Of a stretch of 64,000 nt of DNA, positions 35,601 through 50,600 are shown one piece after another; position 1 is the first letter of the stretch; every line of letters begins with the position of its first letter. This DNA comes from Macrostomum lignano (Eukaryota), in NCBI GenBank assembly GCA_002269645.1, contig NIVC01001060.1, forward strand, positions 17,702 through 81,701, in the 5' to 3' direction. The notes under the pieces were generated by a model. It made no database searches. It had not been told where the DNA came from and saw nothing but the letters and a program-made list of their open reading frames with translations. The position numbers and the translations under genes were made by a program.

Positions 35601-38600
35601 TTTTAACTCACTGTAGCTCACTGTAACTCACTGTAGCTCACCGTAACTCACTGTAGCTCACTGTAGCTCACTGTCACTCACTGTAACTCACTGTAACTCA
35701 CTGTAACTCACTGTAACTCACTGTAGCTCACCGTAACTCACTGTAACTCACTGTAACTCACTGTAGCTCACTGTAAATCACTGTAACTCACTGTAACTCA
35801 CTGTAGCTCACTGTAGCTCACTGTAACTCACTGTAACTCACTGTAACTCACTGTAACTCACTGTAGCTCACCGTAACTCACTGTAGCTCACTGTAACTCA
35901 CTGTAACTCACTGTAGCTCACCGTAACTCACTGTAACTCACTGTAACTCACTGTAACTCACTGTAGCTCACTGTAACTCACTGTAACTCACTGTAACTCA
36001 TTTTAACTCACTGTAGCTCACTGTAACTCACTGTAGCTCACTGTAACTCACTGTAGCTCACTGTAACTCTCTGTAGCTCACCGTAACTCACTGTAACTCA
36101 TCACTGTAACTCACTGTAACTCACTGTAGCTCACTGTAACTCACTGTGGCTCATCACTGTAACTCACTGTAGCTCACTGTAACTCACTGTAACTCACTGT
36201 AACTCACTGTAACTCACTGTAACTCACTGTAACTCACTGTAACTCACTGTAACTCACTGTAACTCACTGTAACTCACTGTAACTCACTGTAACTCACTGT
36301 AACTCACTGTAACTCACTGTAACTCACTGTAACTCACTGTAGCTCACCGTAACTCACTGTAACTCACTGTAACTCACTGTAACTCACTGTAACTCACTGT
36401 AACTCACTGTAACTCACTGTAGCTCACTGTAACTCACTGTAACTCACTGTAACTCACTGTAGCTCACTGTAGCTCACTGTAACTCACTGTAGCTCACTGT
36501 AACTCACTGAAACTCACTGTAACTCACTGTAACTCACTGTAACTCACTGTAACTCACTGTAGCTCACTGTAGCTCACTGTAACTCGCTGAAACTCACTGT
36601 AGCTCACCGTAACTCACTGTAACTCATCATTGTAACTCACTGTAACTCACTGTAACTCACTGTAGCTCACTGTAACTCACTGTAACTCATCATTGTAACT
36701 CACTGTAACTCACTGTAACTCACTGTAGCTCACCGTAACTCACTGTAACTCACTGTAGCTCACTGTAACTCACTGTAGCTCACCGTAACTCACTGTAGCT
36801 CACCGTAACTCACTGTAACTCACTGTAACTCACTGTAGCTCACTGTAACTCACTGTAACTCATTTTAACTCACTGTAGCTCACTGTAACTCACTGTAGCT
36901 CACCGTAACTCACTGTAGCTCACTGTAGCTCACTGTACTCACTGTAACTCACTGTAACTCACTGTAACTCACTGTAACTCACTGTAGCTCACCGTAACTC
37001 ACTGTAACTCACTGTAACTCACTGTAGCTCACTGTAACTCACTGTAACTCACTGTAACTCACTGTAGCTCACTGTAGCTCACTGTAACTCACTGTAACTC
37101 ACTGTAACTCACTGTAACTCACTGTAGCTCACCGTAACTCACTGTAGCTCACTGTAACTCACTGTAACTCACTGTAGCTCACCGTAACTCACTGTAACTC
37201 ACTGTAACTCACTGTAACTCACTGTAGCTCACTGTAACTCACTGTAACTCACTGTAACTCATTTCACTGTAACTCACTGTAGCTCACTGTAACTCACTGT
37301 AGCTCACTGTAACTCACTGTAACTCACTGTAACTCACTGTAACTCACTGTAACTCACTGTAGCTCACTGTAACTCACTGTAACTCACTGTAACTCACTGT
37401 AACTCACTGTAACTCACTGTAGCTCACTGTAACTCACTGTAACTCACTGTAACTCACTGTAACTCACTGTAACTCACTGTAACTCACTGTAACTCACTGT
37501 AACTCACTGTAACTCACTGTAACTCACTGTAACTCACTGTAGCTCACTGTAACTCACTGTAACTCACTGTAACTCACTGTAACTCACTGTAACTCACTGT
37601 AACTCACTGTAGCTCACTGTAACTCACTGTAGCTCACCGTAACTCACTGTAACTCACTGTAACTCACTGTAACTCACTGTAGCTCACTGTAACTCACTGT
37701 AGCTCACTGTAACTCACTGTAACTCACTGTAACTCACTGTAACTCACTGTAACTCACTGTAACTCACTGTAACTCACTGTAACTCACTGTAACTCACTGT
37801 AACTCACTGTAACTCACTGTAACTCACTGTAACTCACTGTAACTCACTGTAACTCACTGTAACTCACTGTAACTCACTGTAACTCACTGTAACTCACTGT
37901 AACTCACTGTAACTCACTGTAACTCACTGTAACTCACTGTAACTCACTGTAACTCACTGTAACTCACTGTAACTCACTGTAACTCATCTGTAACTCACTG
38001 TAACTCACTGTAACTCACTGTAACTCACTGTAACTCACTGTAACTCACTGTAACTCACTGTAACTCACTGTAACTCACTGTAACTCACTGTAACTCACTG
38101 TAACTCACTGTAACTCACTGTAACTCACTGTAACTCACTGTAACTCACTGTAACTCACTGTAACTCACTGTAACTCACTGTAACTCACTGTAACTCACTG
38201 TAACTCACTGTAACTCACTGTAACTCACTGTAACTCACTGTAACTCACTGTAACTCACTGTAACTCACTGTAACTCACTGTAACTCACTGTAACTCACTG
38301 TAACTCACTGTAACTCACTGTAACTCACTGTAACTCACTGTAACTCACTGTAACTCACTGTAGCTCACTGTAACTCACTGTAACTCACTGTAACTCACTG
38401 TAGCTCACTGTAGCTCACTGTAACTCACTGTAGCTCACTGTAACTCACTGTAACTCACTGTAACTCACTGTAACTCACTGTAACTCACTGTAACTCACTG
38501 TAACTCACTGTAACTCACTGTAACTCACTGTAACTCACTGTAGCTCACCGTAACTCACTGTAACTCACTGTAACTCACTGCTCACCGTAACTCACTGTAG

Positions 38601-41600
38601 CTCACTGTAACTCACTGTAACTCACTGTAGCTCACCGTAACTCACTGTAACTCACTGTAACTCACTGTAACTCACTGTAGCTCACTGTAACTCACTGTAA
38701 CTCACTGTAACTCACTGTAACTCACTGTAGCTCACTGTAACTCACTGTAACTCACTGTAACTCACTGTAGCTCACTGTAACTCACTGTAACTCACTGTAA
38801 CTCACTGTAACTCACTGTAGCTCACCGTAACTCACTGTAACTCACTGTAACTCACTGTAACTCACTGTAGCTCACTGTAACTCACTGTAACTCACTGTAA
38901 CTCACTGTAACTCACTGTAGCTCACTGTAACTCACTGTAACTCACTGTAACTCACTGTAACTCACTGTAGCTCACTGTAACTCACTGTAACTCACTGTAA
39001 CTCACTGTAACTCACTGTAACTCACTGTAACTCACTGTAACTCACTGTAACTCACTGTAACTCACTGTAACTCACTGTAACTCACTGTAACTCACTGTAA
39101 CTCACTGTAACTCACTGTAACTCACTGTAACTCACTGTAACTCACTGTAACTCACTGTAACTCACTGTAACTCACTGTAACTCACTGTAACTCACTGTAA
39201 CTCACTGTAACTCACTGTAACTCACTGTAACTCACTGTAACTCACTGTAACTCACTGTAACTCACTGTAACTCACTGTAACTCACTGTAACTCACTGTAA
39301 CTCACTGTAACTCACTGTAACTCACTGTAACTCACTGTAACTCACTGTAACTCACTGTAACTCACTGTAACTCACTGTAGCTCACTGTAACTCACTGTAA
39401 CTCACTGTAACTCACTGTAACTCACTGTAGCTCACTGTAACTCACTGTAACTCACTGTAACTCACTGTAGCTCACTGTAGCTCACTGTAACTCACTGTAA
39501 CTCACTGTAACTCACTGTACTCACTGTAGCTCACTGTAACTCACTGTAACTCACTGTAGCTCACCGTAACTCACTGTAGCTCACTGTAACTCACTGTAAC
39601 TCACTGTAACTCACCGTAACTCACTGTAACTCACTGTAGCTCACCGTAACTCACTGTAACTCACTGTAACTCACTGTAACTCACTGTAACTCACTGTAGC
39701 TCACCGTAACTCACTGTAACTCACTGTAACTCACTGTAACTCACTGTAACTCACTGTAGCTCACCGTAACTCACTGTAGCTCACTGTAACTCACTGTAAC
39801 TCACTGTAGCTCACCGTAACTCACTGTAGCTCACTGTAGCTCACTGTCACTCACTGTAACTCACTGTAACTCATTGTAACTCACTGTAACTCACTGTAAC
39901 TCACTGTAGCTCACTGTAGCTCACTGTAACTCACTGTAACTCACTGTAACTCACTGTAACTCACTGTAACTCACTGTAACTCACTGTAACTCACTGTAAC
40001 TCACTGTAGCTCACTGTAACTCACTGTAACTCATTTTAACTCACTGTAACTCACTGCAGCTCATCACTGTAACTCACTGTAGCTCACTGTAACTCACTGT
40101 AGCTCACTGTAACTCACTGTAACTCACTGTAACTCATTTTAACTCACTGTAACTCACTGTAGCTCATCACTGTAACTCACTGTAGCTCACTGTAACTCAC
40201 TGTAGCTCACTGTAACTCACTGTAACTCACTGTAACTCACTGTAACTCACTGTAACTCACTGTAACTCACTGTAACTCACTGTAACTCACTGTAACTCAC
40301 TGTAACTCACTGTAACTCACTGTAACTCACTGTAGCTCACTGTAACTCACTGTAACTCACTGTAACTCACTGTAACTCACTGTAACTCACTGTAACTCAC
40401 TGTAACTCACTGTAACTCACTGTAACTCACTGTAACTCACTGTAACTCACTGTAGCTCACTGTAACTCACTGTAACTCACTGTAACTCACTGTAACTCAC
40501 TGTAACTCATCATTGTAACTCACTGTAACTCACTGTAGCTCACTGTAACTCACTGTAGCTCACTGTAACTCACTGTAACTCACTGTAACTCACTGTAACT
40601 CACTGTAACTCACTGTAACTCACTGTAACTCACTGTAGCTCATCACTGTAACTCACTGTAGCTCACTGTAACTCACTGTAACTCACTGTAACTCACTGTA
40701 ACTCACTGTAACTCACTGTAACTCACTGTAGCTCACTGTAACTCACTGTAACTCACTGTAACTCACTGTAACTCACTGTAACTCACTGTAGCTCACTGTA
40801 ACTCACTGTAACTCACTGTAACTCACTGTAACTCACTGTAACTCACTGTAACTCACTGTAACTCACTGTAACTCACTGTAACTCACATGTAACTCACTGT
40901 AACTCACTGTAGCTCACCGTAACTCACTGTAACTCACTGTAATTCACTGTAACTCACTGTAACTCACTGTAACTCATCTGTAACTCACTGTAACTCACTG
41001 TAACTCACTGTAACTCACTGTAGCTCACTGTAACTCACTGTAACTCACTGTAGCTCACCGTAACTCACTGTAACTCACTGTAACTCACTGTAACTCACTG
41101 TAACTCACTGTAACTCACTGTAGCTCACTGTAGCTCACCGTAACTCACTGTAACTCACTGTAACTCACTGTAACTCACTGTAACTCACTGTAACTCACTG
41201 TAACTCACTGTAACTCACTGTAACTCACTGTAACTCACTGTAACTCACTGTAACTCATCATTGTAACTCACTGTAACTCACTGTAACTCACTGTAACTCA
41301 CTGTAACTCACTGTAACTCACTGTAACTCACTGTAGCTCATCACTGTAACTCACTGTAGCTCACTGTAGCTCACTGTAACTCACTGTAACTCACTGTAAC
41401 TCACTGTAACTCACTGTAACTCACTGTAACTCACTGTAACTCACTGTAACTCACTGTAACTCACTGTAACTCATCATTGTAACTCACTGTAACTCACTGT
41501 AGCTCACTGTAACTCACTGTAACTCACTGTAACTCACTGTAACTCATCATTGTAACTCACTGTAACTCACTGTAACTCACTGTAGCTCACTGTAACTCAC

Positions 41601-44600
41601 TGTAGCTCACTGTAACTCACTGTAACTCACTGTAACTCATTTTAACTCACTGTAGCTCACTGTAACTCACTGTAGCTCACTGTAACTCACTGTAGCTCAC
41701 TGTAACTCACTGTAGCTCACCGTTACTCACTGTAGCTCACTGTAACTCACTGTAACTCACTGTAGCTCACCGTAACTCACTGTAGCTCACTGTAACTCAC
41801 TGTAACTCATCATTGTAACTCACTAACTCACTGTAACTCACTGTAGCTCACCGTAACTCACTGTAACTCACTGTAACTCACTGTAACTCATCATTGTAAC
41901 TCACTGTAACTCACTGTAACTCACTGTAGCTCACCGTAACTCACTGTAACTCACTGTAACTCACTGTAACTCATCATTGTAACTCACTGTAACTCACTGT
42001 AACTCACTGTAGCTCACCGTAACTCACTGTAACTCACTGTAGCTCACTGTAACTCACTGTAGCTCACTGTAACTCACTGTAGCTCACCGTAACTCACTGT
42101 AACTCACTGTAACTCACTGTAGCTCACCGTAACTCACTGTAGCTCACTGTAACTCACTGTAACTCACTGTAGCTCACCGTAACTCACTGTAACTCACTGT
42201 AACTCACTGTAGCTCACTGTAGCTCACTGTAACTCACTGTAACTCACTGTAACTCACTGTAACTCACTGTAGCTCACCGTAACTCACTGTAACTCACTGT
42301 AACTCACTGTAGCTCACTGTAAATCACTGTAACTCACTGTAACTCACTGTAACTCACTGTAACTCACTGTAACTCACTGTAACTCACTGTAACTCACTGT
42401 AGCTCACCGTAACTCACTGTAACTCACTGTAACTCACTGTAGCTCACTGTAAATCACTGTAACTCACTGTAACTCACTGTAGCTCACTGTAGCTCACTGT
42501 AACTCACTGTAACTCACTGTAACTCACTGTAACTCACTGTAGCTCACTGTAACTCACTGTAGCTCACTGTAACTCACTGTAACTCACTGTAGCTCACTGT
42601 AACTCACTGTAACTCACTGTAACTCACTGTAACTCACTGTAGCTCACTGTAACTCACTGTAACTCACTGTAACTCATTTTACTCACTGTAGCTCACTGTA
42701 ACTCACTGTAGCTCACTGTAACTCACTGTAGCTCACTGTAACTCTCTGTAGCTCACCGTAACTCACTGTAGCTCACTGTAACTCACTGTAACTCACTGTA
42801 GCTCACTGTAACTCACTGTAACTCACTGTAGCTCACTGTAACTCACTGTAACTCACTGTAACTCATTAACTCACTGTAACTCACTGTAGCTCACTGTAAC
42901 TCACTGTAACTCACTGTAACTCACTGTAACTCACTGTAGCTCACTGTAACTCACTGTAACTCACTGTAACTCATTTAACTCACTGTAACTCACTGTAACT
43001 CACTGTAGCTCACTGTAACTCACTGTAGCTCACCGTAACTCACTGTAACTCACTGTAACTCACTGTAACTCACTGTAGCTCACTGTAACTCACTGTAGCT
43101 CACTGTAACTCACTGTAGCTCACTGTAACTCACTGTAACTCACTGTAGCTCACTGTAACTCACTGTAACTCACTGTAACTCATTTTAACTCACTGTAACT
43201 CACTGTAACTCACTGTAACTCATTAACTCACTGTAACTCACTGTAACTCACTGTAACTCACTGTAACTCACTGTAGCTCACTGTAACTCACTGTAACTCA
43301 CTGTAACTCACTGTAACTCATCGTTGTAACTCACTGTAACTCACTGTAACTCACTGTAACTCACTGTAACTCATCATTGTAACTCACTGTAACTCACTGT
43401 AACTCACTGTAACTCACTGTAACTCACTGTAACTCACTGTAACTCATCACTGTAACTCACTGTAACTCACTGTAGCTCACTGTAACTCACTGTAACTCAC
43501 TGTAACTTACTGTAACTCACTGTAACTCACTGTAACTCACTGTAACTCATCATTGTAACTCACTGTAACTCACTGTAACTCACTGTAACTCACTGTAACT
43601 CACTGTAACTCACTGTAACTCACTGTAACTCACTGTAGCTCACTGTAACTCACTGTAACTCACTGTAACTCACTGTAACTCACTGTAACTCACTGTAGCT
43701 CACTGTAACTCACTGTAACTCACTGTAACTCACTGTAACTCATCATTGTAACTCACTGTAACTCACTGTAACTCACTGTAACTCACTGTAGCTCACTGTA
43801 ACTCACTGTAACTCACTGTAACTCACTGTAGCTCACTGTAGCTCACTGTAACTCACTGTAGCTCACTGTAACTCACTGAACTCACTGTAACTCATCATTG
43901 TAACTCACTGTAACTCACTGTAACTCACTGTAGCTCACTGTAGCTCACTGTAACTCGCTGAAACTCACTGTAGCTCACCGTAACTCACTGTAACTCACTG
44001 TAACTCACTGTAACTCATCATTGTAACTCACTGTAACTCACTGTAACTCACTGTAGCTCACCGTAACTCACTGTAACTCACTGAAACTCACTGTAGCTCA
44101 CCGTAACTCACTGTAACTCACTGTAACTCACTGTAACTCATCATTGTAACTCACTGTAACTCACTGTAACTCACTGTAGCTCACCGTAACTCACTGTAAC
44201 TCACTGTAGCTCACTGTAACTCACTGTAGCTCACCGTAACTCACTGTAGCTCACCGTAACTCACTGTAACTCACTGTAACTCACTGTAGCTCACCGTAAC
44301 TCACTGTAGCTCACTGTAACTCACTGTAACTCACTGTAGCTCACCGTAACTCACTGTAGCTCACTGTAGCTCACTGTCACTCACTGTAACTCACTGTAAC
44401 TCATTGTAACTCACTGTAACTCACTGTAACTCACTGTAACTCACTGTAACTCACTGTAACTCATTGTAACTCATCATTGTAACTCACTGTAGCTCACTGT
44501 AACTCACTGTAACTCACTGTAACTCACTGTAACTCACTGTAACTCATTTAACTCACTGTAACTCACTGTAGCTCATCACTGTAACTCACTGTAGCTCACT

Positions 44601-47600
44601 GTAACTCACTGTAGCTCACTGTAACTCACTGTAACTCACTGTAACTCACTGTAACTCACTGTAGCTCACTGTAACTCACTGTAACTCACTGTAACTCACT
44701 GTAACTCACTGTAACTCATCATTGTAACTCACTGTAACTCACTGTAGCTCACCGTAACTCACTGTAACTCACTGTAACTCACTGTAACTCATCATTGTAA
44801 CTCACTGTAACTCACTGTAGCTCACTGTAACTCACTGTAACTCACTGTAACTCACTGTAACTCACTGTAACTCACTGTAACTCACTGTAACTCACTGTAA
44901 CTCACTGTAACTCACTGTAACTCACTGTAACTCATCATTGTAACTCACTGTAACTCACTGTAGCTCACTGTAACTCACTGTAGCTCACTGTAACTCACTG
45001 TAACTCATCATTGTAACTCACTGTAACTCACTGTAACTCACTGTAACTCACTGTAACTCACTGTAGCTCATCACTGTAACTCACTGTAGCTCACTGTAAC
45101 TCACTGTAACTCACTGTAACTCACTGTAACTCACTGTAACTCACTGTAACTCACTGTAGCTCACTGTAACTGTAACTCACTGTAACTCACTGTAACTCAT
45201 CATTGTAACTCACTGTAACTCACTGTAGCTCACCGTAACTCACTGTAACTCACTGTAACTCACTGTAGCTCACCGTAACTCACTGTAGCTCACTGTAACT
45301 CACTGTAACTCACTGTAGCTCACCGTAACTCACTGTAACTCACTGTAACTCACTGTAACTCACTGTAGCTCACTGTAACTCACTGTAACTCACTGTAACT
45401 CATTTTAACTCACTGTAGCTCACTGTAACTCACTGTAGCTCACTGTAACTCACTGTAGCTCACTGTAACTCACTGTAGCTCACCGTTACTCACTGTAGCT
45501 CACTGTAACTCACTGTAACTCACTGTAGCTCACTGTAACTCACTGTAACTCACTGTAGCTCACTGTAACTCACTGTAACTCACTGTAACTCATTTTAACT
45601 TACTGTAACTCACTGTAGCTCACTGTAACTCACTGTAACTCACTGTAACTCACTGTAACTCACTGTAGCTCACTGTAACTCACTGTATCTCACTGTAACT
45701 CATTTTAACTCACTGTAACTCACTGTAACTCACTGTAGCTCACTGTAACTCACTGTAGCTCACCGTAACTCACTGTAACTCACTGTAACTCACTGTAACT
45801 CACTGTAGCTCACTGTAACTCACTGTAGCTCACCGTAACTCACTGTAGCTCACTGTAACTCACTGTAACTCACTGTAGCTCACTGTAACTCACTGTAACT
45901 CACTGTAACTTACTGTAACTCACTGTAACTCACTGTAACTCACTGTAACTCATTTTAACTCACTGTAACTCACTGTAACTCACTGTAACTCACTGTAGCT
46001 CACCGTAGCTCACTGTAACTCACTGTAACTCATTTTAACTCACTGTAGCTCACCGTAACTCACTGTAGCTCACTGTAACTCACTGTAACTCACTGTAGCT
46101 CACTGTAACTCACTGTAACTCACTGTAACTCACTGTAGCTCACTGTAACTCACTGTAACTCACTGTAGCTCACCGTAACTCACTGTAACTCACTGTAACT
46201 CACTGTAACTCACTGTAACTCATTTTAACTCACTGTAACTCACTGTAACTCACTGTAACTCATTTTAACTCACTGTAACTCACTGTAACTCACTGTAACT
46301 CACTGTAACTCATTGTAACTCACTGTAACTCACTGTAACTCACTGTAACTCACTGTAGCTCACTGTAACTCACTGTAACTCATTTTAACTCACTGTAACT
46401 CACTGTAACTCACTGTAACTCATTTTAACTCACTGTAACTCACTGTAACTCACTGTAACTCATTTTAACTCACTGTAACTCACTGTAACTCACTGTAACT
46501 CTCTGTAACTCACTGTAGCTCACTGTAACTCACTGTAACTCACTGTAGCTCACCGTAACTCACTGTAACTCATTTTAACTCACTGTAACTCACTGTAACT
46601 CACTGTAACTCACTGTAACTCATTGTAACTCACTGTAACTCACTGTAACTCACTGTAACTCACTGTAGCTCACTGTAACTCACTGTAACTCATTTTAACT
46701 CACTGTAACTCACTGTAACTCACTGTAACTCATTTTAACTCACTGTAACTCACTGTAACTCACTGTAACTCATTTTAACTCACTGTAACTCACTGTAACT
46801 CACTGTAACTCACTGTAACTCATTTTAACTCACTGTAGCTCACTGTAACTCATTTTAACTCACTGTAGCTCACTGTAACTCACTGTAACTCATTTTAACT
46901 CACTGTAGCTCACTGTAACTCACTTTAGCTCACTGTAACTCACTGTAACTCATTTTAACTCACTGTAGCTCACTGTAACTCATTTTAACTCACTGTAGCT
47001 CACTGTAACTCGCTGTAACTCGCTGTAGCTCACTGTAACTCATTGTAACTCACTGTAGCTCACTGTAACATTAGCTATCACTTAACTATCTCTGTATCAA
47101 TCTCATTCTCGCAGTGGTCAGCCAGCCGCAGGTCACCAACGACCCGGAGGAATTCCAAGAAATGATCGAGGACATATTCGTGCAAGGAGGCGGCGACTGC
47201 CCCGAAGCGACACTGCAGGGCATCAAGCTGGCACTGGAGGCTGCACAGCCGCGCTCCTTCATCTACGTGTTCACCGACGCCAGCGCGAAAGATCCGGAAC
47301 TGCTTGACTCAGTTCTTGAACTCATTCAACGGAAAGAGAGTCAGGTATGTGATGACTAAAATATAATTGAGCAATAGAATTCGTCAGCTAATTAATTAAT
47401 GCACACACGGATAGGTGGTTTTTGTTCTCACTGGAGATTGCGGAGACGAGAACAGCGTAGCGTTCCAGTGCTACCAGCGCATCAGCCAAGCCAGCTCCGG
47501 GATCCTGATTCGAATTATGAAAAATCGTGTATTAGACGTGAGTGAATCATTATTGTTTCTTCTGGTATACGAATCCGGAACATTGATTTATTATACACTG

Positions 47601-50600
47601 TAACGCTTTTCAAAACACTTCTGTTTCGATGGAACTAGTTTAAACATAAAATCTAATTTTGACATTTTAAAAGCAAGTTGTTAAAACTTGAGTAGAAAAT
47701 GACGTAAAAGCTGTGCATTTATTTTGATAGAAAATATAGAACAGAGAAGAGGAGAGAGGAGAGGAGAGGATAGGAGGAGAGAGGAGACGAGAGAGGAGAC
47801 GAGAGGGGAGAGGAGACGAGAGGAGAGGAGGAGAGAGGAGAGGAGATAGGAGAGGAGAGGAGAGGAGAGGAGAGGAGAGGAGATGAGAGGAGAGGAGAGG
47901 AGGGGAGAGGAGAGGAGAGGAGAGGAGGGGAGAGGAGAGGAGAGGAGAGGAGAGGAGAGGAGAGGAGAGGAGAGGAGAGGAGAGGAGAGGAGAGGAGAGG
48001 AGAGGAGAGGATAGGAGAGGAGAGGAGAGGAGAGGAGAGGAAAAGGAGGAGAGAGGAGAGAGGAGAGGAGAGGAGAGAGGAGAGGAAAAGCAGGAGAGAG
48101 GAGAGAGGAGAGGAGAGGAGAGGATAGCAGGAGAGGAGAGGAGAGAGGAGACGAGAGGAGAGGAGGAGAGAGGAGAGGAGAGGATAGCAGGAGAGGAGAG
48201 GAGAGAGGAGACGAGAGGAGAGGAGGAGAGAGGAGAGGAGAGGATAGCAGGAGAGGAGAGGAGAGAGGAGACGAGAGGAGAGAGGAGAGGAAAAGCAGGA
48301 GAGAGGAGAGAGGAGAGGAGAGGAGAGGATAGCAGGAGAGGAGAGGAGAGAGGAGACGAGAGGAGAGGAGGAGAGAGGAGAGGAGAGGATAGCAGGAGAG
48401 GAGAGGAGAGAGGAGACGAGAGGAGAGAGGAGAGGAGAGGAGAGGAGGAGACGAGAGGAGAGGAGAGGAGAGGAGAGGAGAGGAGAGGAGAGGAGAGAGG
48501 AGACGAGAGGAGAGGAGAGGAGAGGAGAGGAGAGGAGGAGAGAGGAGACGAGAGGAGAGGAGAGGAGAGAAAAGAGACGAGAGAGGAGATTAGAGAGAAG
48601 GGAGCCTTGAGCGGGCCGGATTGCTATTGTGAAGTTTCGAAGTACCCGAGGGCCGGATAGAGAGGCTTTCCGGGCCACATGTGGCTCACGGGCCGGAGGT
48701 TGCCAGTACCTGCTCTAGAGAATGCATAGCGCTGAATGGACTTTTGCCCTAGACAAATTCAATCGACAAAAAATCTTATTTTTCCAGTGCCTTCAGCTCT
48801 TTTCTAAGAAACTATACTGAAATTAAACTGGCCATGTACTTTTAAAATTGCCAAAAAATACGAAAGTAAATATATTTACTTTTGAACTGCTAGCTGGTAC
48901 GAGGACTGGTCAATGTTGATTCTGATTGCGCTCTGCCGCAATAGAAGTCGTCAATGCTTGCTGATATAAATATCAGCGACGCCAGCTAGGTAGGTTCATT
49001 GGCTCCCTGCAGGTCAGCTGTTGGTATCCATATCGCGGGCGAAAGACCCCTGGTCTTCCGAAAAGAAACAATCCTTGTGATTAACGAGTACCTGATCTTG
49101 GCCAAGAGGCACTTTACTGGCTTAAGGAAAATACTGGCTGAACCACAGGAACAAATTTAGGGTCACTGAGGATAACAGGCTCTCTTTGCGGCTGCAAATA
49201 TCTGGTCAAAAATTAACTACCTTTAGCATCTTTTGCACTCGGCAATTTTGTGTAGCTTCTGGTTTACTGGAGACATTGTTTTGTAAAAGGTAGAAGCCAA
49301 GGTTAAGGTCAAACTGAAGAGACTGTTACTTGATAACATCAGCGGATGGGTCACGCGCTGAAATCGACCAGATTAAAATATTGCGTAATCAAAATTTACT
49401 ACCTAAAGTTAAAACTTTACAACGCCTGTCACAAAATCTTTGCGTTAATTTTATTCAACTTATTTAACAACGATAAATCGCCGGTACGAAATGGCATAAC
49501 GTCAAAACAGGGTTTTACCACACACCATCCTAGTGTCTGTCCTGGTGTCTGTCCTGTCTGTCCTGGTGTCTGTCCTGGTGTCTGTCCTGGTGTCTGTCCT
49601 AGTGTCTGTCCTAGTGTCTGTCCTAGTGTCTGTCCTGGTGTCTGTCCTAGTGTCTGTCCTGGTGTCTGTCCTGGTGTCTGTCCTAGTGTCTGTCCTGTTG
49701 TCTGTCCTAGTGTCTGTCCTGGTGTCTGTCCTGGTGTCTGTCCTGGTGTCTGTCCTGGTGTCTGTCCTAGTGTCTGTCCTGGTGTCTGTCCTGGTGTCTG
49801 TCCTGGTGTCTGTCCTGGTGTCTGTCCTAGTGTCTGTCCTGTGTCTGTCCTGGTGTCTGTCCTGGTGTCTGTCCTAGTGTCTGTCCTGGTGTCTGTCTTA
49901 GTGTCTGTCTCAGTGTCTGTCCTGGTGTCTGTCCTGGTGTCTGACTTAGTGTCTGTCCTAGTGTCTGTCCTAGTGTCTGTCCTGGTGTCTGTCCTGGTGT
50001 CTGTCCTGGTGTCTGTCCTAGTGTCTGTCCTGGTGTCTGTCTTAGTGTCTGTCTCAGTGTCTGTCCTGGTGTCTGTCTTAGTGTCTGTCCTGGTGTCTGT
50101 CTTAGTGTCTGTCTCAGTGTCTGTCCTGGTGTCTGTCCTGGTGTCTGTCTTAGTGTCTGTCTTAGTGTCTGTCCTGGTGTCTGTCTTAGTGTCTGTCTCA
50201 GTGTCTGTCCTGGTGTCTGTCCTAGTGTCTGTCCTGGTGTCTGTACTAGTGTCTGTCCTAGTGTCTGTCCTAGTTTCTGTCCTAGTGTCTGTCTCAGTGT
50301 CTGTCCTGGTGTCTGTCCTAGTGTCTGTCTCAGTGTCTGTCTCAGTGTCTGTCTTAGTGTCTGTCCTGGTGTCTGCCTTAGTGTCTGTCTCAGTGTCTGT
50401 CCTGGTGTCTATCCTAGTGTCTGTCCTAGTGTCTGTCCTGGTGTCTGTCCTAGTGTCTGTCCTGGTGTCTGTCTTAGTGTCTGTCCTGGTGTCTGTCTTA
50501 GTGTCGTCTCAGTGTCTGTCCTGGTGTCTGTCCTAGTGTCTGTCCTGGTGTCTGTACTAGTGTCTGTCCTAGTGTCTGTCCTAGTTTCTGTCCTAGTGTC

